In this document: one piece after another, positions 23,279 to 35,379 of the stretch | Position numbering within the stretch: the first letter of the stretch is position 1 | How the letters are laid out: each line of letters opens with the position of its first letter | Assembly (NCBI RefSeq): GCF_044704955.1 | Contig: NC_091980.1 | Span: forward strand, 273,730,001-273,794,000 | Source of the DNA: Pristiophorus japonicus | Lineage: Eukaryota | Direction: 5' to 3' | DNA length: 64,000 nucleotides | Translations under genes and position numbers: made by a program | Notes under the pieces: model-generated | The model's input: the letters and a program-made list of their open reading frames with translations, nothing else | The model's database searches: none | Told to the model about the DNA's origin: nothing

Positions 23279-26200
23279 TGTCATGTATTCAACTGTCATT
23301 GTAATCCATGTATAAACTGACCTAAGTTGTACACCGTGAGAACACCGACCACTAGGTGGTGAACTTGTGGGAGACACTTCTAACCTGGACTTTCAGGTAT
23401 AAAAGGGGAAGCTCCACCCATCTTCTCCACTTCAGTGCTGGCTAATAAAGGTTACTGGTCACAGAGTGACCTTCTTTCTAGTATGGGCCTCATGTGCATT
23501 TGTGCTGTATAATAAGGACATATTATTGGCGACGAGAAACTGGGATTTAAACCACGCGAGCATGGCCACTAGCAGCACAGACGAGAGGTACTGTGTTGGT
23601 GATGATTGGGACGATTTTATTGAGAGACTACAGCAAAGTTTCGTCACTAAGGAATGGCTGGGACAGGATTCGGCCGACAAACACAGGGCTCATCTCCTGA
23701 CGGTTTGTGAATCCAGGATGTATTCCCTGATGAAGGACCTTCTAGCGCCAGAGAAGCTGGCGGACAAGACTTTTGAAGAGCTCAGTAAGTTGATCGGGGA
23801 ACACTTTAAACTGGCGAGCAGCATGCACATGGCGAGACACCGGTTTTACACGCACCGGTGGCGAGAAGGGCAAAGCGTTCCTGACTTCGTGGCAGACCTC
23901 CGGCGACTGGCGAGCCTTTGTAAGTTCCCAGATGCATGCAGAGCGGAGATGCTGCGAGACCTTTTTATTGAGGGCATCGGGCACGCTGGGGTTTTCAGGA
24001 AACTGATTGAGACCAAAGACTTGACCCTGGAAACGGCGGCTTTGATGGCCCAGACATTTATCTCAGGGGAGGAAGAGACCAGAATGATGTTTGACAAAAA
24101 TCTTGGTTTAAATGCAGCAAATGGACAGGGAGTCAACATTGTTAATGCAGCACACAGTTCTCCAGGCAGACAGGGGCAATCGGACATGCCCGAGCATGTA
24201 GTCGAACCCAAAGGGGGAGTTCAACAGAGACAATGGCTAGCTGAACGGTGATTCATGCCATCGCAAGGGACAATGCGGCCAGTAATGGGGCCATCAACAC
24301 TGTCAATGGTGCATTTAAGGACAGTTACAAAGACAGTCAGAGACAATAGACTGGTAATGGACCTTTTGTTTCCAACAACGGCTCATGTTGGAGGTGTGGA
24401 GGTAAACACACAGCCAGAGCTTGCAGGTATCAGCAATATACCTGCAGAAATTGCAATGTCAGCTGTCACTTGGCGTGTATGTGCAGGAAGCCTGCAGCCA
24501 GGTTGATGTATGAGGAGGACTGGCCTGATGTAAGAGAAAACAGGGAATTATAGACTGGTCAGCCTGACCTCAGTAGTGGGTAAAATGATGGAATCAATTA
24601 TTAAGGATGTCATAGCAGCGCATTTGGAAAATGGTGACATGATAGGTCCAAGTCAGCATGGATTTATGAAAGGGAAATCATGCTTGACAAATCTTCTGGA
24701 ATTTTTTGAGGATGTTTCCAGTAAAGTGGACAAAGGAGAACCAGTTGATGTGGTATATTTGGACTTTCAGAAGGCTTTCGACAAGGTCCCACACAAGAGA
24801 TTAATGTGCAAAGTTAAAGCACATGGGATTGGGGGTAGTGTGCTGACGTGGATTGAGAAATGGTTGTCAGACAGGAAGCAAAGAGTAGGAGTAAATGGGT
24901 ACTTTTCAGAATGGCAGGCAGTGACTAGTGGGGTACCGCAAGGTTCTGTGCTGGGGCCCCAGCTGTTTACATTGTACATTAATGATTTAGACGAGGGGAT
25001 TAAATGTAGTATCTCCAAATTTGCGGATGACACTAAGTTGAGTGGCAGTGTGAGCTGCGAGGAGGATGCTATGAGGCTGCAGAGTGACTTGGATAGGTTA
25101 GGTGAGTGGGCAAATGCATGGCAGATGAAGTATAATGTGGATAAATGTGAGGTTATCCACTTTGGTGGTAAAAACAGAGAGACAGACTATTATCTGAATG
25201 GTGACAGATTAGGAAAAGGGGAGGTGCAACGAGACCTGGGTGTCATGATACATCAGTCATTGAAGGTTGGCATGCAGGTACAGCAGGCGGTTAAGAAAGC
25301 AAATGGCATGTTGCCCTTCATAGCGAGGGGATTTGAGTACAGGGGCAGGGAGGTGTTGCTACAGTTGTACAGGGCCTTGGTGAGGCCACACCTGGAGTAT
25401 TGTGTACAGTTTTGGTCTCCTAACTTGAGGAAGGACATTCTTGCTATTGAGGGAGTGCAGCGAAGATTCACCAGACTGATTCCCGGGATGGTGGGACTGA
25501 CCTATCAAGAAAGACTGGATCAACTGGGCTTGTATTCACTGGAGTTCAGAAGAATGAGAGGGGACCTCATAGAAACGTTTAAAATTCTGACGGGTTTAGA
25601 CAGGTTAGATGCAGGAAGAATGTTCCCAATGTTGGGGAAGTCCAGAACCAGGGGTCACAGTCTAGGGATAAGGGGTAAGCCATTTAGGACCGAGATGAGG
25701 AAAAACTTCTTCATCCAGAGAGTGGTGAACCTGTGGAATTCTCTACCACAGAAAGTAGTTGGGGCCAATTCACTAAATATATTCAAAAGGGAGTTAGATG
25801 AAGTCCTTACTACTCGGGGGATCAAGGGGTATGGCGAGAAAGCAGGAAGGGGGTACTGAAGTTGCATGTTCAGCCATGAACTCATTGAATGGCTGTGCAG
25901 GCTAGAAGGGCTGAATGGCCTACTCCTGCACCTATTTTCTATGTTTCTATGTTCCTATGTAAGCCCTGCGAGGCCAAATGGACACTGGGGGAAATCGCTG
26001 GAAGCTGAAGTTCAGCGAGTTCATGTGGAGCACATATGCAGTTCATACACCAGGACGCCACCGATAATGATGAAAGTGCTCCTCAATGGCATCCCAGTAT
26101 CAATGGAGCTAGACACAGGGGCCAGCCAGTCCCTGATGAGTATCAAACAGTTCGACAAGTTGTGGGAGTCCAAGGCCAGGAAGCCAAAATTATTGCCGAT

Positions 26201-27844
26201 TGACGCACAGCTACGGACATATACAAAGGAGATCATTCCGGTGCTAGGCAACACCACGGTAGTCGTGACCCACAAAGATTCAGAGGACAGGTTGCCACTC
26301 TGGATTGTCCTGGGGGATGGTCTTGCACTACTGGGGAGGAGTTGGCTTGCTGTCATGAACTGGAAATGGAGCAATGTCAATGCAATTTCTTCTGTGGAGC
26401 GAGTATCATGCTCACAGGTCCTGAACAAATTTGACTCACGATTTCAACCCGGCATTGGCACTTTCATGGAGACCAAGGTAGTGATTCACATAAACCCAGA
26501 CTCCAGGTCAGTACACCACAAGTTCAGAGCGGTGCCGTACATGATGCGGAAAAAGATAGAATGCGAATTGGACCGCCTGCTGAGGGAAGGCATCATCTCG
26601 CCAGTCGAATTCAGTGACTGGGCGAGCCCGATCGTGCCGGTGCTCAAGGCGGATGGGTCGGTCAGGATATGTCGCGATTACAAGGCCACCATCAATCGGG
26701 TGTACTCCAAGACCAGTACCCGCTACCGAGAGCGGAGGACCTCTTTGCGATGCTATCCGGTGGCAAACTTTTTTCAAAATTGGACCTGACCTCAGCTTAC
26801 ATGACCCAGGAGCTGGCGAGTGATTCAAAGAAGCTGACCACCATCACGACACACAAGGGGTTGTTTGAGTACAACAGATGTCTGTTCGGGATTCGCTCGG
26901 CTGCCGCCATCTTTCAATGAAACATGGAAAGTCTCCTCAAGTCGATTGCAATGACGGTGGTTTTTCAAGATGACATCTTCATCACAGATTGTGATACTGA
27001 AGAACACCTCCACAACCTGGAGGAGGTGCTGCGCAGACTGGACCGGGTAGGTCGTGACTGAAAAAGGTAAAGTGCGTCTTCCTAGCTCCAGAGGTAGAAT
27101 TCCTGGGGATGAGGGTAGCAGCAGACGGGATCAGACGTACTGCGTCCAAAACAGAAGCGATCCAGAGAGCACCCATAACACGACGGAGCTGCGTTCGTTC
27201 CTTGGGCTCCTGAACTATTTTGGTAACTTTCTTCCCAAATTGAGCACGCTGTTAGAGCCGCTACACATGCTCCTACGCAAAGGTCGCGAATGGGTCTGGG
27301 GGGGACAACCAGGAAAGGGTTTTCAATAGAGCTCGAAATTTGTCATGCTCCAACAATCTGTTAACGCTATATGACCCATGTAAGAAACTTGTTTTAATGT
27401 GCGATGCGTCGTCCTATGGGGTCAGGTGTGTGTTGCAGCATGTTAATGCCAATGGTCAGTTACAGCCGGTAGCTTATGCCTCCAGAAGTCTGTCCCAGGC
27501 AGAAAGGGGCTATGGGATGGTAGAAAAGGAAGCGCTTGCATGTGTATATGCAGGAAAAAAAATGCATCAGTACTTGTTTGGCAGGAAATTTGAGCTGCAG
27601 ACAGATCACAAACCCCTAACGTCCCTTTTGGCCGACAACAAGGCCGTAAATGCAAATGCGTCGGCCCGCATACAGAGGTGGGCACTCACGTTAGCCGCCT
27701 ATGACGACACAATTCGGCACAGACCGGGCACTGAAAACTGCACCGATGCACTCAGCAGGCTCCCACTAGCCACCACTGAGGGGGCAACCGAGCATGCTGC
27801 TGAGATGGTCATGGCTGTTGAAGCTTTCGAAAGCGAAGGCTCAC
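23279..27844 (+). mobile_element. Gypsy/Ty3 LTR retrotransposon: 5'LTR, gag, PR, RT, RNase H; integrase and 3'LTR deleted
   Basis: LTR 23279-~23525 (TG start, TATAAAA, AATAAA); PBS tggcgacgag at 23527; gag from ATG 23562; MELDTGA protease; WASPIVPVLK; FQDD; CDASSYG..EKEAL..TDHKPL. Ends abruptly at EAFESEGS. Confidence 0.93.
24535..25956 (+). mobile_element. Young 5'-truncated CR1 with intact RT ORF (427 aa), inserted between Gypsy gag and protease
   Basis: Uninterrupted ORF 24576-25859; 7-bp TSD ATGTAAG (24528-24534, 25957-25963); TTTCTATG tail. Confidence 0.95.
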
Positions 27845-27932
27845 TCGCTTTTATCTTGGCAGCATAGTCGGTGCAGGAGGATGGAAGAGTTATGGACAGG
27901 AAATCTAGACGTATGCGTTTCCCGCACATCAT

Positions 27933-29318
27933 GGAATGAAAATTTGGTTGCGCCTCTGTTGTGGCATTAACCCAGGCAAAGCGGTAAATTTTGCACCAGG
28001 AAATGGTTTGGGCATCCAGCCGCAAAATTCACCAGCTGAGCCCTGAGTGTGGAGCGGAGCGCTAGGGGAGGCATTCCACACCTCTTTTAGGGCGCTAGGC
28101 CAGCTGAGCAAATAAAAATCCTGAGGTAAACAGCCAGCCTCGGAGCGCCCTAAAAGAGGCTTCTATGAAAAAATAAATCTGAAAGAAAAACACAAAAAGC
28201 ATTCCCAATACTTTCCTCACATCCATGTGAATCGTAAAAATTAAAAAGTTAAAACAATCACACTTCCCTGAGGTCGCCATTCCTTCCCTCACTGCGGCCA
28301 CTTTCACAGGCGGTCCCACTCGGGGCGCTGTGGGGCGTTACGGATTGGGTGAGTTTCAAATTTTCAGCTGGTTTCGCAACCGAGGGTATTGCACACCAGC
28401 TCACTTCTCCCGGGCGGTACTGCTCCGCGCACCCTCAACAAATGTTCAAGCGGGTCGCTGGAAGCTGGCTGCTCACCCGTAAATACTATCTCCCGCCATT
28501 ACCGCCCCTCTGGGGCAAAAACGGAGGCAGCAAGGAACAAAAATCCAGCCCCATGTCTTTTTAATTTTTTCCCTCGGTTTCCTGCCTGACAGCCGGCCTG
28601 TTCGATAGACTGGCTGCCTGGCGGGTGAGAAAGCCTGCTGCAGAAGGACACAGCAGAGCAGCAGGTAGGGAGAGATCGCTGTTGGGGATCTAGCAGGGGA
28701 GTGGGAGAGATTGCGGGGTGGGGGTAGGGGGGTGGGAGGCAGGGGCTGGGCGGTGATGGCATTCGGTGGGGGGGATAGCAAATGGTGGTTTTGAGGGGAG
28801 TAGATGGTGGTTGGGAGGGGGGGTGGCGGGGGTCTGACCATTGGGCAGGGAAGATGGTGGTCAGGGGGAGTGAGACGGTGACGGGGGGGCTGGAGATGGT
28901 GTCGAGGCGGTCCGATCATGGGGGCGGGGAAGGGAGGGAACAGACAGAAAGCGGGAGGTATCGGATTTACAGGTAAGCTTGTTGGGCTGGGAGCAACACT
29001 CCTGCTCCTCCTGTCCCACATGCAGTGCTGTAAAGCCACTTATCTTATGGATCCAGCCCTTCTCGTCTCCTTTTACCGGCTCCTGCGAAACCCAACCGTC
29101 TGCTGTTAAAAATAAAAACACCGTTAAAATGAAAGCACACAGCCTCATTTAAAGGTTTCAACGAGTGACCCGCCTCCTGTGAACGGATTGTTCACCCGCC
29201 CCTCGTCCCGCCTCCGTTAAAACCGGAAGTGGACTGATTCGGTTCCTGTTTCAGATTTCAACTTTTTATCCCCTCACCTGACCGAAACCCACCTATCTTG
29301 GGGGATTAAAATGATTCC
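27933..29318. mobile_element. Non-autonomous Harbinger-like element
   Basis: Ends ggaatgaaaattt / aaaatgattcc, flanked by cat/cgt (3-bp TSD with a CpG change); GC-rich interior with a G-rich tract at 28700-28940. Confidence 0.6.
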
Positions 29319-29899
29319 CGTACCTTAGTGGAGCTGCTGCAGAGTATCATGAAGAAAGCACGATGAGGATGTTGAAGAAAGAGCAACAGAAAGCCTTTGG
29401 GATACAGAATATGAGTAATTTGAGACATGACATTTAGTGAGTGTAGCATGCCAGGAAAGTACAAGTGATTTTGGCCCTATGGTTCCCAAAGTTCTCCACC
29501 AGTGGGGGGGTTTTTCTCATCTCATACCTGGTTCTGTGGTGGACGAATTGATAGAGATCGATTGCCATTATTGTTGTATCATGCGACTGCCAAGATGATA
29601 AAAGGCAAACTACATGGACCATGGTCATTTTTCATCCAGCAATCCCGATGCTCCTATGAAAGAAGCAGAAGGCATAATGAAAATGTAATAATGGTCACTA
29701 CAGTCAGCTTCACTTTGAATTTTGTCTGTCAAACCAATAGCAACCTCCTTTTAAATATAGATTTTAAAATTGGGATCCCCTGATTCCAGAGGCTTTGTGA
29801 GGTAATCAGATTTATGTCCATCTGCCATTAGATTTCTGTATTATTGACTTGCTATGATGTTATTTCAGTTGCAGTTGGGTTTCAATACACAGGGGAGGA

Positions 29900-30220
29900 A
29901 CAGTAAGCAGTGCTGGCAGGGGAGGAGCAGGAACCTGGATGGCCACACATTGTGTGGGGAGGGGGATCACATTGGGGGCTACTGCAGGTGATCCCAACTA
30001 GCCTGTAAGTAGGCTGAGGTGGAGGCAGTAAAGTGGTGAACTTTAAGGGCACTCCTACATTGCAGGTCTCAGGAGATGGCACAACTCTACAATTGGCTGC
30101 TTGCTATAAATGCCTTCTTTCTTTTGCCTTTGCATAGGCAACTGTTCTTGGTCATCGCAAGGTAGATGTACGGATGGTACAATGGGAATCTCAGCACAGG
30201 GGCTTGTTGTTCTCCCTGAC
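29900..30220 (-). mobile_element. Highly degenerate HARBI1-like transposase fragment
   Basis: YLAMTKNSCL..IVELCHLLRP..VPLKFTT resembles the N-terminal part of the transposase at 202-682. Confidence 0.4.
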
Positions 30221-30329
30221 AGGACCTCTTCTATTTTGTATCTCTTCAATCATAAAATGCTATATTCAGGATGCTTAAAAACCCATTGCTAGTTTTGACA
30301 TGAATTGATGACTGTTATAGGACGGCACA

Positions 30330-30465
30330 GGGTGTCATTTTAACTTTTGTCCAAAGTGTAAAATGGAAGCCTGTTAATGCCTGATTTTCCCTTCCATTGA
30401 CTTCAATGGCCGGCTAATTGGATGCCACCCATTTTACTCCAATGGCCAAATTTAAAATGACCCCC
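30330..30465. mobile_element. Short palindromic MITE
   Basis: gggtgtcattttaacttttgtcca / tggccaaatttaaaatgaccccc inverted ends. Confidence 0.65.
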
Positions 30466-30589
30466 TACATTTTGCCGTTAGATGCCTTATTGTCCCTCCC
30501 AAAGCTCCCACGATCGTTTCTATTGTAAGTTTCTACAATTGTGTTGTAATTTTGTACGTTCTTCAATTACACTTATTTGAAATGGTTAG

Positions 30590-31400
30590 GGGTAAAAATT
30601 CAACTCCGCCCGAAACGAGGCGCGCCTTCTGTTTTTTGTAGGTTTTCTCCGCCGGGTTGTGGCGGAGGTGCCGTCGATATTCGGCACTTGGACGTTTTTT
30701 TTGCTCGGGGTGGATGTAGTTGCGGCTGAGGGTCAGAAGTGCCCTTGCAGCGGCTCGGCCCCCCGATCACCCATCAGCTCCGTGCTAATGGTGTCAGCGC
30801 TGATGTGTCACAACATCTCTCCCCTTCAGTTAAAGGGGAGGGCCGCTGCGAGCTCTGCATATTTTTAAGTTAGGTTCACTGGGCCACCAGGAAGGGTTTT
30901 GGCCCGGCCAGCGGCCTGGAACCCAAGAGGGGGTGCCAGGCTGCCTGTTGACGGCCCGGCCGAACCCGGGGGACATAATTGTCGGACTGACCTGGCAGTC
31001 GGCCTACAATAAAAAATAAAATGTCGTCGCCAGCAGTGCCACCTCCCCTTTAAAGGTGGCCACGCTGCCAACCAACAAGAACCAACAGGGAGTGCACCGA
31101 CACAAAAAGCTGTCGGGGGAACCGGCCGACATGGCAATTCCGCAAAAGGGATATTTCCTGCGGGACAATTCCAGGAAGCAGTCGCCAACGGTCGCTAAGG
31201 GGTTGGCTCGTGCACGGCGCGGCGGGAGAACAGGCGGAGCGGTCCCCTACAATGCTCCACCCCGCTGAAGGACAATTTGCAAAATGGCGGCCTCTCCATG
31301 AAGAGTTGCCGGCCATTCCGTGCCGGCCCATGGCCACTGCTTTCAGGTGGCCAGAGGCCTTATCGGGGCGGTGGGAGGGGGTGGGGGACATTTGGCCCCC
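30590..31400. mobile_element. Non-autonomous Harbinger-like element
   Basis: GGG..aaatt / attt..ccccc ends with TAG on both flanks; CpG-rich interior. Confidence 0.65.
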
Positions 31401-31473
31401 TAGTGCCTTCAGTAAATGTGTTCATTCTAGTACACAATGTGATTTCAACTGTTTCAATGATGAAGTGAGATTA

Positions 31474-32049
31474 TAGAGTACAAAAGTGTGGAAATTATGA
31501 TGAACCTTTATAAAACACTGGTTCGGCCTCAACTAGAGTATTGTGCAATAGGAAGGATGTGAAGGCTTTAGAGAGGGTGCAGAAAAGATTTACAAGAATG
31601 ATTCCAGGGATGAGGGACTTCAGTTACATGAATAGACTGGAGAAGCTGGGGTTGTTCTCCTTGGAGCAGAGAAGGTTGAGAGGTGTTTAAAATCATGAGG
31701 TGTCTGGACAGAGTAGATAAAGAGAAACTGTTCCCATTGGCAGAAGGGTCGAGAAGCAGAGGACACAGATTTAAGGTGATTGGCAAAAGAACCAAAGATG
31801 ACATAAGAAACAACTTTTTTGCGCAGCGAGTGGTTTGGATCTGGAATGCACGGCCTGAAAGGGTGGTGGAGGCAGATCAATCACAGCTTTCAAAAGGGAG
31901 TTGGATAAGTAGCTGAAAGTAAAATGTTTGCAGGACTATAGGGAAAGTGTGGGGGAGTAGGATTAGTTGAAGTGCTCTAGCAGAGAGCCGGCACAAGCTC
32001 GATGGGCCAAATGGCCTCCTTTTGTGTTGTAATGATTCTATGATTCTAT
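31474..32049 (+). mobile_element. CR1 3' fragment
   Basis: LYKTLVRPQLEYC..FKIMRCLDRVDKEKLFP..; attctatgattctatga tail. Confidence 0.85.
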
Positions 32050-32749
32050 GAAATAAGTGACAAAAGTAATAGCATAAAAATGGCAAAACTTCTGATGTGA
32101 AGGGCCTCTAGTAAGGGCAGGGACTAGAGAATTTAGGGCATATTCATACACCCTTCTGACGTGAAACAGAGCCATGATACAACCCGTACTATCAAGCTTC
32201 ATACCACTTCTGTATATGGCTGGATGCTGACATTGGAGTTGTGGTTATAATCAACGATCTGTTGAATTTATGCCAGTGTCTTGCTCCCTGTCATAGTTAA
32301 AGGAATAGAAACAAATCAAGTCTGCCTTATTTAGCTCGTATTTTTTATTTATTATTTGGTTCCAATTTTCCATAAAAATGCATTACTGTTACTGAATTTG
32401 ATCTCTTCCACTGTAAACATTCAAGTACAGTCACTAAAGATTGTTCCTACTCCATCAATGTTCAACTGATGTGTGATCACCAGAGAAGGATAATGCAAGT
32501 CTGCACCAGTTATGTTAGCAGCTGCCACAACACTTTCATTCTGCGACATTCACCTGTCCCTCCATTAGCAAAGAGGTGGCGAGTGCTTGTGTAATGGGAA
32601 TGAGAAGTGGTCTAGTGTGCCCTTGTGCTGGGTGATGAAGAAGTGATGAAAGAAAGGGAATTGTTGAAAATGAAGGAAGTGGGGAGGTGAGTAAAGGACT
32701 ATTGCCACATGTTATTGATAGATGTAGAGAAATGAAGAACTGCATTTAT

Positions 32750-32965
32750 TCTTGCTGCTCTTGAGAGTTCATTGACGTGCTTCCTGCACTGCATCCTGGT
32801 CCTGGGGTTGATGCTCCTGAAACTGATAAGCTTAGCAATGTCACTCCATGCCTGGTGCACTTGCTGTTTTGGGATCCTACACCCACCAGTTGGAAGAAGA
32901 ACTTCCCTCCTTGCCCTGACTTCTTGCAGAAAGATCTCCAGAGAGGCTTTAGAGAATCTGGGGGC
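32750..32965 (-). mobile_element. Harbinger Myb/SANT-like DNA-binding domain relic (72 open codons)
   Basis: APRFSKASLEIFLQEVRARREVLLP..QAWSDIAKLISFRSINPRTRMQCRKHVNELSR, matching the Myb_DNA-bind_5/MSANTD pattern. Confidence 0.8.
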
Positions 32966-33054
32966 TTACCTGCAACTCATTTTGAAGCTGTTTCTTCCTG
33001 CAGCCAATTTGTGCACAGTAAGGTCCAACCAACAGCAATGTGCTAATGACTAGA

Positions 33055-33350
33055 TCATTATTTTTTTTCGTGGTGTTTGGTTGAGGGATAAATTTTGGCC
33101 AAGATACCAGAGAGAACTCTCCATCTCTTCTTCAAATAGTGCCATGGGATCTTTTATCATCCATTTGAGAGGGCAGACGGGACTTGGGTTTAACGTCTCA
33201 TCGGAAAGACAGCACCTCCAACAGTGCAGCACTCCCTCAGTACTGCACTGGAGTGTCAGCTTCGATTATGTGCTCAAATCCTGGAGTGGAACTTGAACCC
33301 ACAACCTACTGACTCAGAGATGAGAATGGTATAATTGAGTCAAGGTGACA
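33055..33350 (-). mobile_element. SINE (same family as 17015), 5' half
   Basis: Reverse-complement match, including the B box acttgaaccc. Confidence 0.75.
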
Positions 33351-33596
33351 CCTTGCTTTGCAGATTAAATCTGAGGTCACTGATAATGAGTAGCACCAGG
33401 GGGCAGAGAGCTCAGTCTCATTGGCTTATGTTGTCTTTATTTCCACTGCAGGCTTGCTCTATACCAACCATTTCTGCAAAGCATTCTTAGCCGATGTCCT
33501 GTGCCTTTCCGTGACACAAAATAAATTACAGGGTCACTCCAACGTTGATAGATCACTAGTTTTATGTCATTCTGCCCTAGTGCACCAGAAAGGGGC

Positions 33597-33830
33597 ATCA
33601 TCATCATAAGCAGTCCCTTGGAATCGAGGAAGACTTGCTTCCACTCTTAAAATGAATCCTTTAGTGGCTGTATAGTCCAATATGAGAACCACAGTCCCTG
33701 TCACAGGTGGGACAGATAGTCGTTGAGGGTAAGGGAGGATGGGACAGGTTTGCCGCACGCTCTTTCCACTGCCTGCGCTTGATTTCTGCATGCTCTCGGC
33801 GACGAGACTCGAGGAGCTCAGCGTCCTCCA
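33597..33830 (-). mobile_element. RTE LINE 3' fragment
   Basis: ESRRREHAEIKRRQWKER..TICPTCDRDCGSHIGLYSH C2H2-like end; (CAT)n tail. Confidence 0.75.
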
Positions 33831-34619
33831 GAAAGGGGCAGCTAAATTGCAACAACAGATTAATTGCCTCTGCCATGTTAACTGCATGTGTTTAGCAATC
33901 AAATGAAGCAGCTGAAGTATTTCCAGTTTATTAATAAATAGCAATCCGAGCCTAATTCAACTTTTGTGAACAGGAATTGTTTGCTAATTGCAAAAGGAAT
34001 AACAAGAAACTACGGCACAAAACTTTCGAGTCACTTAAGCAATCAGAACAAGAATAAAAAGTAAAACCTCAGCTCCTTCCTTAAAAATAAAACTTAAACT
34101 GAGTTTGTCTCTCAGTGACCACTGCTGAGTTACCATGACAACAAATACGGATGTTCTACCAGTATGAAAACCACAGTACAACCCAGTAATGAGGATTCAG
34201 GTTATATGGAAGAAAATTGCTTGCAAAGTTGTGTTTTACAGAAAGAAGATTAAGCGCATTAAAAGTTCCCTTTTGTTTGTGTTCCGCAGATGCTGCCAAT
34301 AGTTTTATTTCTCCTTTCTATTTACTCTTCGTTACATCCACGGGAAATGGCCTTGCATGAGATGTGTCACTTTCCAGCCTGTGTCAGAGTATATCCTGCA
34401 ATGTAGTAGCCAAACTATGACGTCCAGAAACCACATGCCAACACATATTGCTGACAACCAGTTTCACAGAGAGTGAGCTTTATTAGCAGTTCAGCAAAAG
34501 CTGATGCTAGACTGGACTCCCCGCTACACTTCAGGGTCAAATGATTCACCTAATGTTGAGACTATTATTAGGAGGACACAAAAATAGACAGACCTCACCA
34601 TCATTTATAATGTCACAAT

Positions 34620-35040
34620 GTCAGCTGTGGCTCCCGTAAGTCACGAAGGTTGTGGGTTCAAGTCCCACTCCAGGGACTTGAGCACAAAAATCTTGGCTGA
34701 CACTTCAGTGCTGAGGGAGCGCTGCACTATCGGAGATGCCATCTTTCGGATGAGACATTAAACCGAGGCCCCATCTGCTCTCTCAGGCGGATGGAAAAGA
34801 TCCCATTGCACTATATCCCAGTGTCCTGGCCAATATTTATCCCTCAAACAACATCACTAAAAAAATCGATTATCTGGTCATTATTACATTGCTGTTTGTG
34901 AGAGCTTCTGTGTGCTAATTGGCTGCCACGTTTCCTACATTACAACAGTGATTAGAATTCAAAAAGTACTTCATTAGCTGTAAAGCACTTTGGGACATCC
35001 TGTGGTCATGAAAGGCACTATATAAATGCAAGTCTTTTTA
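34620..35040 (+). mobile_element. SINE (same family as 17015)
   Basis: B box gggttcaagtccc, shared body and tail. Confidence 0.8.
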
Positions 35041-35379
35041 TTTTATTTTAACTCAGCGCCTGACCTGATTCTGTAGCAGTGATGAGAGACTTACTGGAGG
35101 GCAGACAGTTTCACACCACTTCGGTTTAACAAGTGTAAGTCCAGTGCATCCTCAAATCTGGTTTACACATTATTCAGATATATTGCATATTGGAGCTTTT
35201 GGGCATTTTTTAAACCTGGAGATGACCGCTTGGTCCATGTTAGACAGAATGGTCCTCATGCTCTGCATGAAGCCTAGACACAAGTTGGAGCGGGACTCCT
35301 CCATGCTCTGCCAAGCTCGCAGAGTGTGTATGGTGAGATAGAAGTAAGATTAGGGAGGAAGGATAAGGGAGGAAGAAAC

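Noticed and set aside
22956-29435. Endogenous bornavirus nucleoprotein-like element (CLLIP, TPSLV, THC, YLGSI, LSGAA..STM motifs)
   Set aside because: The short motifs are in the wrong order or spacing relative to bornavirus N as remembered, and need a frameshift. Degenerate L1 motifs explain the region better. A profile search would settle it.
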